This document shows positions 1 through 7,930 of a stretch of 32,000 nucleotides of DNA, piece after piece; positions within the stretch are counted from its first letter, which is position 1; each line of letters starts with the position of its first letter. The stretch is taken from NCBI GenBank assembly GCA_942493105.1, contig OW818668.1, positions 1,590,001 through 1,622,000 of the forward strand, read 5' to 3'. The stretch comes from an uncultured Erysipelotrichaceae bacterium. Its GTDB lineage: Bacteria > Bacillota_I > Bacilli_A > Erysipelotrichales > Erysipelotrichaceae. Under the pieces are notes generated by a model. That model did no database searches. It had not been told where the DNA came from and was given only the letters and a program-made list of their open reading frames with translations. The translations under genes and the position numbers were made by a program.

Positions 1-1311
1 GTATGAGATGGCTCTTTTAGAATCCATGACGCTGTAACACAGTTCTTGTTTTGTTAAAATCGCTGTATTGATTTCATTTAAAACTATTATTGAATTCGTT
101 AAATCACCATCCTCAAGATCATTGGCAGTCACTTCTTTCGTTTCATCAAAATTTGAGTACTGTAAAACCGTTTTATCTTGAGCTGTAATAGTTGGAGGAT
201 TGTTGTTTAAGCCAACAACTGTAACTAATATTGTTTTTCTGTCAAAATAACCATACTTATCCTGTACGTAGTATGTTACTTGATATATACCTGGCAGATC
301 TCGATATTGACTTGATTCTATAACGATTTTACTCGTTAAATCACCATCCTCTAAATCGTAACTCTTCGCATAATCTAATAGATTTATGCTATTTCCAACC
401 AATACTTCAAAATTTGAGACTTGTAATGTCGGTTTTTGATTGATTAATACAGAATTGATTTCTAAAGGTGATCCGCTATATTCAACAAATATTCCTGATA
501 TCCAAACTGGTGTAATGGAAGTTCCTTCTACGATTCGCCTTCTTGATTCAACACAGACATCTAACTTTGACTTAACTTGATAATAAGTTTGATTATTTGA
601 TTTAAATCGTGCTAAAACATTTGTGTAAACTGAATTTAATTTGAAATATAGTTTATTTGTATATGTTGTTGAACAATTTGTGCCTAAAGCCCATACTGTC
701 GCTGTTTTTGATGGACCATTACGAGCATAAATCGGATTATCTAGTACTTTAAAATCAGTATCTTCTAAAGTAGATATTATGGAGTAAAGATAATCCCCTA
801 TTTTTAAGGTTGTTGATTCTTCCATAGGATAATATAAGGGTGTTTTTAAATAAGTCTGTGATTTTTTAGCATAAACCAGAATATTAGTGCTGTATCTAAC
901 ACCTTTTTGAAAATTGCTAAGTGGAATTGTTGCTACAAATCCAACATATTCAAAGTAATAATTACATGTGCTTTGATGATAGACGTTTTCTAAGCAAAAA
1001 TCCAAACCAGCATTCAAATATGAGCTTGTCATACTGATATTGGTCAAGCTTGCATTAATCACAAATGTATTAGAAGTACTAATAAATTCAATGGCAATCT
1101 CATGATCTGTACTATTTCTAAAATGCTGATTCTTTTTTATAAATGCCCAACCGCTAATCGTAACAGATTGAGCATTAATCACTGTATCACTGATCTCATA
1201 GTTTAGGAACTCTTTGGTGGTCATCGTAGGAACTAAAGCTTTAGTATGAGTAATTGTAGGGAAAAGTAATAAAAGACTGCTTAAAATGACGTAAAAGGTC
1301 TTGTGATTCAT
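1..1311 (-). CDS. Secreted/surface protein, partial (first 437 aa; 3' end lies beyond base 1): signal peptide, ~290-aa unassigned domain, then tandem Ig-like repeats with DLEDGDLT signature (resembles DUF5011/bacterial Ig-like type)
   Basis: Absent from the ORF track because no stop lies inside the window. Hand translation from ATG 1311..1309 stays open for all 437 codons (MNHKTFYVILSSLLLLFPTITHTKA/LVPT...). No competing >=60-aa ORF is listed in any frame over 1..1307. Repeat units: ...YDLEDGDLTSKIVIESS..GIYQVTYYVQDKYG (214..432) and ...ANDLEDGDLTNSIIV... (1..195). The start overlaps the upstream stop as ATGA. Confidence 0.7.
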   Translation of the reverse strand, partial: MNHKTFYVILSSLLLLFPTITHTKALVPTMTTKEFLNYEISDTVINAQSVTISGWAFIKKNQHFRNSTDHEIAIEFISTSNTFVINASLTNISMTSSYLNAGLDFCLENVYHQSTCNYYFEYVGFVATIPLSNFQKGVRYSTNILVYAKKSQTYLKTPLYYPMEESTTLKIGDYLYSIISTLEDTDFKVLDNPIYARNGPSKTATVWALGTNCSTTYTNKLYFKLNSVYTNVLARFKSNNQTYYQVKSKLDVCVESRRRIVEGTSITPVWISGIFVEYSGSPLEINSVLINQKPTLQVSNFEVLVGNSINLLDYAKSYDLEDGDLTSKIVIESSQYRDLPGIYQVTYYVQDKYGYFDRKTILVTVVGLNNNPPTITAQDKTVLQYSNFDETKEVTANDLEDGDLTNSIIVLNEINTAILTKQELCYSVMDSKRAISY

Positions 1312-1706
1312 ATTTTTCTAACTCTAAAGACAAATATCGTAAAGATACAACCAACGATCATTAAAATGATCGGAATCCCATAAGGTTGAATAAGAGTTTT
1401 AGATTGAATTGGTAAATTAATGTCCAGTAGACTTGATTCTGTCTGTGTTTTGCAACTTTCATTCCACTTAAGCGACAAAGTATCGATCACTGAATTATTC
1501 TTAACATGTTTTAGGATCGTAAAGCGTTGATCGATGCCAACCATTAATCCATTGGTATTTTGAATCATAAAAGGTTGATCAGAAACGATCAACTCCCCTT
1601 CTTTTAATCCTTCAAGATAGACTTTACTAAAACCGCAATCTCCATACAATAATTCAGGTATTGATTCATGATTTTGTAGGTTTAAAGTGATGTTGTTCAT
1701 ATTCAT
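1308..1706 (-). CDS. Hypothetical small protein with a single C-terminal TM helix and basic tail (tail-anchored topology)
   Basis: 132-aa ORF with no N-terminal signal peptide. The C-terminus reads IPIILMIVGCIFTIFVF-RVRKI. Its TGA stop overlaps the ATG of the downstream secreted-protein gene (ATGA 1308..1311). I see no clear SD upstream. Confidence 0.5.
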   Translation of the reverse strand: MNMNNITLNLQNHESIPELLYGDCGFSKVYLEGLKEGELIVSDQPFMIQNTNGLMVGIDQRFTILKHVKNNSVIDTLSLKWNESCKTQTESSLLDINLPIQSKTLIQPYGIPIILMIVGCIFTIFVFRVRKI

Positions 1707-1733
1707 ACATAAGTAATCTACATCACTTTCCCT

Positions 1734-1756
1734 AAAAAAAGGTCCCTTAAGGGACC
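1734..1756 (-). terminator. Intrinsic terminator after the hup-yugP unit
   Basis: On the minus strand, GGTCCC-TTAA-GGGACC is followed by TTTTTTT, immediately after the stop at 1761. Confidence 0.7.
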
Positions 1757-1760
1757 AATA

Positions 1761-2429
1761 TTATCTTCTTCTACCTCTTATAACAAGTAAACGCATAATC
1801 TGAAGCAAGGATGCAGCAATTCCAGCAATATAAGTCATGGCTGCAGCCGATAACATCGCTTTTGAATCAGCTACTTCATCATCGTTGATATAGTGTCCTT
1901 CAGCTAGATTCACTAATGCTCTTTTTGATGCATCGAATTCTAAAGGTAAGGTTACCAATTGAAAGGTTGCGATAATAACAAGCATTGCTAAACCAGCAAA
2001 GAACAAAAGATCGATCGATGCAAATAACCCGATAATCGCTGTGATCCAACCAGCTTAACTAGAAACGATCGCAAACGGCAGAATTGCATTTCGAGCACCG
2101 ATATAACTGTAATGTTCAGCATGCTGAATGGCATGACCAACTTCATGAGCAGCCACCGCGACAGAAGCAATAGAAGCATCTTTGTATACTCTAGGCGATA
2201 AATTGACAGTATTGTTTTTTGGATCAAAATGATCACTTAGCATGCCTTTTGGGCTTTCTAAAATCTCAACATGATTGAGTCCATGGCTGTCTAAGATGGC
2301 ACGTGCCACAGCATAACCACTCATTCTTTTCTCAGTGGTTACTTCTGAAAAATGGGCATAAGCATTAGTAACCTTGGCTTGTGCCCATAAAGCCAAACCA
2401 ATCGCGGCAAAATAAAATAGGATATCCAC
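1761..2429 (-). pseudogene. YugP-type zinc metallopeptidase (Zn_peptidase_2 family) interrupted by one in-frame TAA at 2055..2057
   Basis: ORFs 2055..2429 and 1761..2006 are in the same frame (both coordinates = 2 mod 3). Only one stop separates them, and the 16 codons after it are open (AGWITAIIGLFASIDL). The HExxH motif HEVGHAIQH lies in the N-terminal part and TM segments in the C-terminal part. Total length would be ~222 codons. GTG start with GAGG SD, 11 nt after the hup stop. Confidence 0.75.
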
Positions 2430-2440
2430 TTTGACCTCGC

Positions 2441-2725
2441 TTATTTAACGGATTCTTTAAAGGCTTTGGCTGCTTTGAAAGCTGGAACTTTTGATTCAGG
2501 AACCTGAATTTTTTGCTTTGTTTTTGGATTGATTCCTACTCTTGCATTTCTGGTCTTGACTTCGAATTTCCCAAAACCGGCAAGATCTACTTTATTACCG
2601 GCTTTTACTTGGGCTACGATGGTGTCTAGTACCAAATCAACATTTTCCAATGCGGACTTTTTGGAACAACCGCAACTTTCAGCAACAGCATCAGCTAAAG
2701 CTTTCTTATTAACTACATTTGACAT
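2441..2725 (-). CDS. hup: DNA-binding protein HU
   Basis: 94 aa with HU signature ...GFGKFEVKTRNARVGINPKTKQKIQVPESKVPAFKAAKAFKE. SD GGAGGA upstream. Confidence 0.95.
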   Translation of the reverse strand: MSNVVNKKALADAVAESCGCSKKSALENVDLVLDTIVAQVKAGNKVDLAGFGKFEVKTRNARVGINPKTKQKIQVPESKVPAFKAAKAFKESVK

Positions 2726-2769
2726 AGAATTTCCTCCATTCTTGCCCTTATCATAGCAAACAAACAGTC

Positions 2770-2775
2770 ATTATA
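2770..2775 (-). promoter_or_regulatory. Candidate -10 box (TATAAT) for hup
   Basis: The minus strand reads ...aatttgTATAATgactg..., ~45 nt upstream of the hup ATG. The -35 is weak and lies inside the gpsA 3' end. Confidence 0.4.
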
Positions 2776-2779
2776 CAAA

Positions 2780-3772
2780 TTATTCGGCTTTTAGTTCACG
2801 TGACATCAAAATTTGAATACAATCAGATGGTTTAGCGTCTTCATATAAGACTTTATAAACTTGTTCAGTAATGGGCATTGAAATGTTGTTTTTTAAAGAC
2901 TCTTCATAAACAACTTTTGCAGCAAAGATTCCTTCTACTGTTTTCTCATTGGTTTCCCAAAAGATCTTAGCCGTGTCAAATTGGCCAATCAATAAACCAG
3001 CTTGAAAATTACGCGAATGAACAGAAGTACAAGTGACAATTAAGTCCCCTACCCCTGTTAAGCCTAAAAAGGTTTCTGGTTTAGCACCATAATAGACTCC
3101 ATATCGGGATATTTCTGCTAAACCACGTGTGATCAATGCTGCACGTGCGTTGTCACCGTATCCTAGGCCGCTCAGGATGCCACTGGCCAAGGCTATAACA
3201 TTCTTAACAGCAACCCCTATTTCAGCGCCTATGACGTCTGTTGAGCGGTATACGCGGAAATATGCGTTAGAGAAAGTGCTTTGAATCAGTTTTGATGCAT
3301 CTTCTTCTTCAGATACAGCATTGACAACGGTTAATAAGCGTTGAACAACTTCCTCAGCATGTGAAGGACCAATCAATGAAACAACTGCTTTAAGAATCGT
3401 TGGTGGAACATTGTTCTTAATGACCAAAGACAAACGCTGATGATTGGTAGGATGAAATCCTTTAGCGACATTGACAATTGTAATGGGATGAGTAAAAGTA
3501 GTCCCAATCTTTTGGCTGACATCATCGATTGCATTGGTCGGAACCGCCAAGATCAATATTTCAGAATCAAGTAAATCATCATAATTCATCGTAGCCTTAA
3601 TGGAGTCATTTAAGATTTGATTCGGAAAGAAACGTTCATTGCGATGATAACGAGAAATATCTACGATTTCATCAAGAACACGTCCCCAAATCATGACATC
3701 ATGGCGATTATCTGTTAAAACTTGAGCTAACGCTGTACCCCAACTTCCACTTCCAATGATACCAATTTTCAT
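2780..3772 (-). CDS. gpsA: NAD(P)H-dependent glycerol-3-phosphate dehydrogenase
   Basis: 330 aa with N-terminal GSGSWGTALA Rossmann motif. Conserved der-gpsA synteny. Confidence 0.95.
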   Translation of the reverse strand: MKIGIIGSGSWGTALAQVLTDNRHDVMIWGRVLDEIVDISRYHRNERFFPNQILNDSIKATMNYDDLLDSEILILAVPTNAIDDVSQKIGTTFTHPITIVNVAKGFHPTNHQRLSLVIKNNVPPTILKAVVSLIGPSHAEEVVQRLLTVVNAVSEEEDASKLIQSTFSNAYFRVYRSTDVIGAEIGVAVKNVIALASGILSGLGYGDNARAALITRGLAEISRYGVYYGAKPETFLGLTGVGDLIVTCTSVHSRNFQAGLLIGQFDTAKIFWETNEKTVEGIFAAKVVYEESLKNNISMPITEQVYKVLYEDAKPSDCIQILMSRELKAE

Positions 3773-5083
3773 TTAAAGTTCCTTCTTTCTGGCAATGATA
3801 CGAATTGGTGTGCCTTCGAGGATGAAAGCTTCCCGTAATCTATTTTCTAGATAGCGACGATAAGAGAAATGTAATAATGCGACATCATTCACAAACAAAA
3901 CAAAAGTAGGTGGGGCAACAGCAACTTGAGATCCATATAGAATGTTTAAGCGTTGACCTTTATGAGTAGGAGGAGGCGTAATGCGTTGAGCATCTGCCAA
4001 GACTTCATTGAGGACACTCGTTTGGATCCTCATCTGTGAATAATTATAAACATTGTCTATGTTTGGGATGATTTGATGAATACGCTGTTTAGTGGTTGCG
4101 GAAACAAATAGAATAGGTGCATAACTTAAATAGATAAATTGTTTACGAATCTCAAGCGTAACAGAATTGATCGTAAATTCATCTTTTTCAACACCATCCC
4201 ATTTATTGTAGATGATAATAATTGGTTTACCTGCTTCATGGGCATAACCAGCAACATGCTTATCCTGATCCCGAATTCCTGCGATCCCATCAACGACAAA
4301 CAAAATGACATCGGCTCGTTCTATGGCTTGAAGTGATCTTAAAACGGAATATTTTTCGATATTTTCATATACTTTGCCTTTTTTACGAATCCCTGCTGTA
4401 TCGATGACCACATATTCTTTGCCATCTTTAGTGAATGGTGTATCGACTGAATCACGAGTTGTCCCCTCTTTATCAGAGACTATGACACGTTCTTGGTTAA
4501 GAATCGCATTAACTAAAGAAGATTTACCAACATTGGGTCGTCCTATGATTGCAAAACTGATTTTGCCCTCGTAATCATTGAGTCCGCGATTAGGGAAATA
4601 TGAAATGATTTTGTCTAATAAATCCCCTATCCCAATACCATGGACACTACTGACTGGAATCAAATCTTCAAAACCTAATGCATAGAATTCATAAGAAGCG
4701 TCGATAAGGGATTGATTATCGACTTTATTGATGGCCATAATGACTGGTTTCTTTGTTTTGTGCAGCATTTTAGCGATATAACGATCATCATCTGTCATAC
4801 CTTCTTTTGCGTTGGTCACAAAAACAATGACATCAGCTTCTTCGATGGCAACATCAACTTGCATCCGGATCTCTTTTTGATAATCTTGATCTTTTAACTG
4901 TAGACCACCTGTGTCAATGACCCTAAAATCTTTAGTAAGCCAATTGGCTTTGGCATATAAACGATCCCGGGTCACCCCAGGTGTATCTTCTACAATGGAA
5001 ATTCTTTCTCCAACGATACGGTTGAATAACGTGGATTTACCGACATTAGGCCGGCCTACGATCGCAATAACGCCATCAATCAT
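3773..5083 (-). CDS. der: Ribosome-associated GTPase Der/EngA
   Basis: 436 aa with two tandem G domains (GRPNVGKSTLFN and GRPNVGKSSLVN; DTGG/DTAG; NKVD/NKWD) plus a KH-like C-terminus. Confidence 0.97.
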   Translation of the reverse strand: MIDGVIAIVGRPNVGKSTLFNRIVGERISIVEDTPGVTRDRLYAKANWLTKDFRVIDTGGLQLKDQDYQKEIRMQVDVAIEEADVIVFVTNAKEGMTDDDRYIAKMLHKTKKPVIMAINKVDNQSLIDASYEFYALGFEDLIPVSSVHGIGIGDLLDKIISYFPNRGLNDYEGKISFAIIGRPNVGKSSLVNAILNQERVIVSDKEGTTRDSVDTPFTKDGKEYVVIDTAGIRKKGKVYENIEKYSVLRSLQAIERADVILFVVDGIAGIRDQDKHVAGYAHEAGKPIIIIYNKWDGVEKDEFTINSVTLEIRKQFIYLSYAPILFVSATTKQRIHQIIPNIDNVYNYSQMRIQTSVLNEVLADAQRITPPPTHKGQRLNILYGSQVAVAPPTFVLFVNDVALLHFSYRRYLENRLREAFILEGTPIRIIARKKEL

Positions 5084-5753
5084 GTTGGTTTAACCTTTCT
5101 TCTGTTTGCTGAACAAGTTTAAGTATTCTGCTTACAGTTTCTTCAATGCTTAAGAAACTGGTATCCAGTTCTATCGCATCTTCCGCTTTTTTAAGCGGGG
5201 AATATATTCGTGTAGAATCCGCAATATCTCGGAATCTAAGATCTTCATAAACTTCATCAAAGGTCAATGTACTGCCTTTAAGTTGAAATTCTTCATAACG
5301 TCGCTTAGCTCTTTCAAGCAAAAAAGCAACTTGGAATATTTTGAGTTCAGCATTAGGTAATACGACGGTTCCAATATCTCTGCCGTCTAAAATGAACCCT
5401 TTTTTTAATGTGATTTTCTGTTGAATGCTAACCAACATGGCTCTGACACCTTGAAGCCTAGAAACCAAAGATGATCCCATGTCACACTCTGGATTTCTTA
5501 CTTCGTTGCCAATCAGTTTTCCATCCATGATCAATTGACCTTCACCAGTAAAATCAAATTGAGTATTCTTTAGCATTTCAATCAATGCTGGTTCATCTTC
5601 AAGACTGATTTTAGAAGTCAATGCTTTATATGCGGTAGCCCGATACATCGACCCGGTATCAATATGTGTATATCTCAGTAATTCAGCTAAACGTTTGGCA
5701 ATCGTACTTTTTCCAGATGCACTAGGCCCATCAATCGCAATGTTTATCCTCAT
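5076..5753 (-). CDS. cmk: Cytidylate kinase
   Basis: 225 aa. P-loop IAIDGPSASGKST. Overlaps the der start by 8 nt. Confidence 0.95.
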   Translation of the reverse strand: MRINIAIDGPSASGKSTIAKRLAELLRYTHIDTGSMYRATAYKALTSKISLEDEPALIEMLKNTQFDFTGEGQLIMDGKLIGNEVRNPECDMGSSLVSRLQGVRAMLVSIQQKITLKKGFILDGRDIGTVVLPNAELKIFQVAFLLERAKRRYEEFQLKGSTLTFDEVYEDLRFRDIADSTRIYSPLKKAEDAIELDTSFLSIEETVSRILKLVQQTEERLNQHD

Positions 5754-6418
5754 TAGAAACCTTGAGTCGTGTAGATCCAGTAAAAGGCGACTCCCAGCAT
5801 GACAATTAAAACGATAACCAACATAAACACGATGAAATTTAAGGTCCTTGATGAATGATTGACAGAGTGGCTCATTTCCAAGAGTTCCTTGTCCACATCT
5901 TCAAGTTTCAATTTTATTTTGGCAGTCTCTTCAAACATATCACCATCTTTAAAGGATTTTAATTCTGCTTCGGAACTAAGAAACTCTTGTTCATATTGAG
6001 ATCCAATCACTTTCTTGATTTCTTGAGTCATTTGATCATCATTGACTTCAGTAGATTGCGTTGAAGTTTGAACGTTCTTTTGAGGTATGAACACTTCTGT
6101 GTTTTCTGATGAAGAGTAACCTTTTTTAATGTTATAAGATTTTACTTCATCTATAAATTCGTTGAGCAAATCGTGATGAAAAGCAGGATCGATCTTATTT
6201 TCAACTTTCTCAAAACTACGATCATATTCACCTTTTGAATGTAAAGGATTGCGATCTAAAACATTTGAGTTAGATTCAATAGTGCTGATTTCAGGGTTGA
6301 TTCGATTAAGCCGAGTGGCATATGACGAAAGTACACTAGATGTAAGTTCGCTTTCACGACTGTTTTCTACTTCTTGACGTAATTCGGCGTTTTTCTTAAC
6401 ACGTGATAGTGGTTCCAT
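5753..6418 (-). CDS. Hypothetical protein, polar/acidic low-complexity N-terminal region with one C-terminal TM helix
   Basis: 221 aa ending ...LNFIVFMLVIVLIVMLGVAFYWIY. SD AAGAGG. The stop overlaps the cmk ATG (TAATG). Confidence 0.6.
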   Translation of the reverse strand: MEPLSRVKKNAELRQEVENSRESELTSSVLSSYATRLNRINPEISTIESNSNVLDRNPLHSKGEYDRSFEKVENKIDPAFHHDLLNEFIDEVKSYNIKKGYSSSENTEVFIPQKNVQTSTQSTEVNDDQMTQEIKKVIGSQYEQEFLSSEAELKSFKDGDMFEETAKIKLKLEDVDKELLEMSHSVNHSSRTLNFIVFMLVIVLIVMLGVAFYWIYTTQGF

Positions 6419-6434
6419 AAAATACCTCTTGCAT

Positions 6435-6443
6435 ATTATAACA
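6435..6443 (-). promoter_or_regulatory. Extended -10 promoter (TGtTATAAT) for the hypothetical-cmk-der-gpsA unit
   Basis: The minus strand reads tTGtTATAATatgcaagaggtattttATG. Confidence 0.45.
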
Positions 6444-6495
6444 AATTTTAGCGCTTATAGTAGGGTTGACTTGTGAAAATCTAGAATAGACTAAT

Positions 6496-6523
6496 AAAAA
6501 ACCTTTTAAATAAAAGGTTTTTT
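6496..6523 (-). terminator. Intrinsic terminator after ribU
   Basis: AAAAAACCTTTT-AAAT-AAAAGGTTTTTT, a symmetric A/T-flanked hairpin 13 nt after the ribU stop. Confidence 0.8.
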
Positions 6524-6535
6524 ACTGTGGATAAC

Positions 6536-7111
6536 TTATTTAAAGTATCTGCTAAACAACTTTTTAAGAGGACTATACAGAGCATAAGCTGCAATAGTAA
6601 TCAAAGTTCCTTTAAATAAATTAAATGGGGTAACGGAGATGATTCCAGCAATTTTGACAGCATGCCCATTCATTCCATAGAGTGGAAAAGCAAAGTAATA
6701 ATTGACCAAAGCCATTACAAAGGTTGCAACAAGCGTACCGATCGCAAAAGCAGGTAGGAATCTGATCATAAATTTCGTATTTGACCAAGATTTAAATTTA
6801 TGTCTGAGCATCCAAGCAAATAAAGATACTGGTAGAATGAACCCTATCCCAAAGAAGAAGTTTGCTATTTCTCCTGAGAAATTCGGATCCTTTGGACTAA
6901 ATAATCCATGTAAGATATTCTTGATTAATTCAATAATGACTGCTGGTACTGGACCAATAAACAATCCGGCAAATAAGGCGGGAATATCACTGGGATCGAT
7001 TTTTAAATAAGGTGGAAACAATGCGGGTATTGGAAATTCTATAAACATGAGCAGATAAGATAATGCGATCAACATGCTAATTAACGTCAATAATCGAAGG
7101 TTGTTTTTCAT
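6536..7111 (-). CDS. ribU: Riboflavin ECF-transporter S component
   Basis: Multi-TM protein of the RibU/YpaA type (..LKIDPSDIPALFAGLFIGPVPAVIIELIKNILHGLF..), directly preceded by an FMN riboswitch. I moved the start to ATG 7111 (MKNNLRLL..) because it has SD AGGAGA 5 nt upstream. The track's start at 7162 lies inside the riboswitch terminator. Confidence 0.85.
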   Translation of the reverse strand: MKNNLRLLTLISMLIALSYLLMFIEFPIPALFPPYLKIDPSDIPALFAGLFIGPVPAVIIELIKNILHGLFSPKDPNFSGEIANFFFGIGFILPVSLFAWMLRHKFKSWSNTKFMIRFLPAFAIGTLVATFVMALVNYYFAFPLYGMNGHAVKIAGIISVTPFNLFKGTLITIAAYALYSPLKKLFSRYFK

Positions 7112-7126
7112 TTTTCTCCTTTCAAC

Positions 7127-7283
7127 AAAAAACCCCAGAATAATCCCAGGGCTCAATATCAAAAGATATTGTTATCTTCTTTCATCCAGACTTTACTGTC
7201 GCCACCGGAATTTAACCGGTTCGTGCCCATTAGGCTTGCGGGGTATACCGCCGGTAGGGATTTTCACCCTGCCCTGAAGATAG
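7127..7283 (-). promoter_or_regulatory. FMN riboswitch (RFN element) with terminator-type expression platform
   Basis: The minus strand reads aucuucAGGGCAGGGUGAAAAUCCCUACCGGCGGUAuaccccgcaAGCCuaaugggcacgaACCGGUuaAAUUCCGGUGGCGACAGUAAAGUCUGGAUGAAAGAAGAUaac, matching the conserved RFN core. It is followed by a GU-rich hairpin CCCUGGGA-UUA-UUCUGGGG plus U6 (7127..7151) just before the ribU SD. Confidence 0.9.
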
Positions 7284-7287
7284 ATAT

Positions 7288-7316
7288 AGTTTAATGTAAG
7301 AACTTACTTTTGTAAA
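7288..7316 (-). promoter_or_regulatory. Candidate sigma-A promoter of the FMN riboswitch/ribU transcript
   Basis: Minus strand: TTTACA - 17 nt - TAAACT, 7 nt before the start of the aptamer. Confidence 0.5.
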
Positions 7317-7320
7317 GGAA

Positions 7321-7878
7321 TTATGCTCTTCCTGCGTATTTTCCATCAATTGTATTTACAATGATCATTTCACCCTCAGCGATGAACATGGGAACTCTAA
7401 TCTCAAGACCAGTTTCTAGTACAGCATTTTTCAAAGCACTGGTGGCGGTATCACCACGTACAGCAGGTTCAGTTGTAACAATTTGAAGAGTAACTTTATC
7501 TGGTAATACAACACCTAAGATCTCCCCTTCAAATGAAACGATATTGACATTGTCATTAGGTTTCAAGAATGGTAATTCTTTTTCGAGATTGCTTTTTTGA
7601 ATCTCAATTTGATCATAAGTGCTTGTATTCATGAAACATAAGGCATCTCCGCTGTCATAAAGATATTGCATTTCATTCTTATCGATGTGAGCTGGCTCAA
7701 CTTTATCGCCACCGGTAAAAGTCATTTCATTGATGACTCCCGATCTAAGATTTTTCACTTTTGATTTGATGATCATCCCACGCATGGCGGTTTTGTTGTG
7801 CTGGGTATCAAGAACGATAAAAATATTGTCTTCATACAAGAAAGTAATTCCTGGTCTTAAATCATTTACGATAATCAT
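7321..7878 (-). CDS. efp: Elongation factor P (non-canonical modification loop)
   Basis: 185 aa, collinear without gaps with Bacillus EF-P from residue 1 (MIIVNDLRPG...GDTATS...). SD TAGGAGG. The loop reads KTAMRG instead of KPGKG (see findings). Confidence 0.97.
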   Translation of the reverse strand: MIIVNDLRPGITFLYEDNIFIVLDTQHNKTAMRGMIIKSKVKNLRSGVINEMTFTGGDKVEPAHIDKNEMQYLYDSGDALCFMNTSTYDQIEIQKSNLEKELPFLKPNDNVNIVSFEGEILGVVLPDKVTLQIVTTEPAVRGDTATSALKNAVLETGLEIRVPMFIAEGEMIIVNTIDGKYAGRA

Positions 7879-7902
7879 AATAGACCTCCTATTAACACAT
7901 CT

Positions 7903-7930
7903 ATTTTAGTGGATAGAATTTATTTGTCAA
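7903..7930 (-). promoter_or_regulatory. Candidate sigma-A promoter for efp
   Basis: Minus strand: TTGACA - 16 nt - TAAAAT, then ~18 nt to SD TAGGAGG. The -35 overlaps the comGG stop codon. Confidence 0.55.

Noticed and set aside
1308-1420. Sortase-type sorting signal in the 132-aa protein (LPIQS...hydrophobic...RVRKI)
   Set aside because: The motif is not LPxTG-like enough, and the protein has no N-terminal signal peptide, so it cannot be a Sec-exported sortase substrate.
1988-2236. 82-aa minus-strand ORF in an alternative frame of the yugP-like gene
   Set aside because: It overlaps the metallopeptidase frame that carries HExxH and has no features of its own.
2529-2756. 75-aa plus-strand ORF antisense to hup
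   Set aside because: It lies entirely within the conserved HU gene on the opposite strand, with no SD and a low-complexity translation. Shadow ORF.
4126-5093. Five short ORFs (4126..4311, 4139..4336, 4374..4574, 4712..4897, 4911..5093) inside der
   Set aside because: All are nested in, or antisense to, the strongly conserved der reading frame.
6465-6490. Plus-strand promoter-like TTGACT ... TAGACT
   Set aside because: The spacing is ~15 nt and there is no plus-strand gene downstream. It runs straight into the ribU terminator.
6702-7277. Plus-strand ORFs 6702..7010 and 7074..7277
   Set aside because: The first is antisense to ribU. The second runs through the FMN riboswitch and its terminator, and the sequence is explained by RNA structure.
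7294-7312. Hairpin GTAAG-TT-CTTAC as an efp terminator
   Set aside because: The loop is too small. Only a 4-bp stem is sterically possible, and no U-tract follows on the efp strand.
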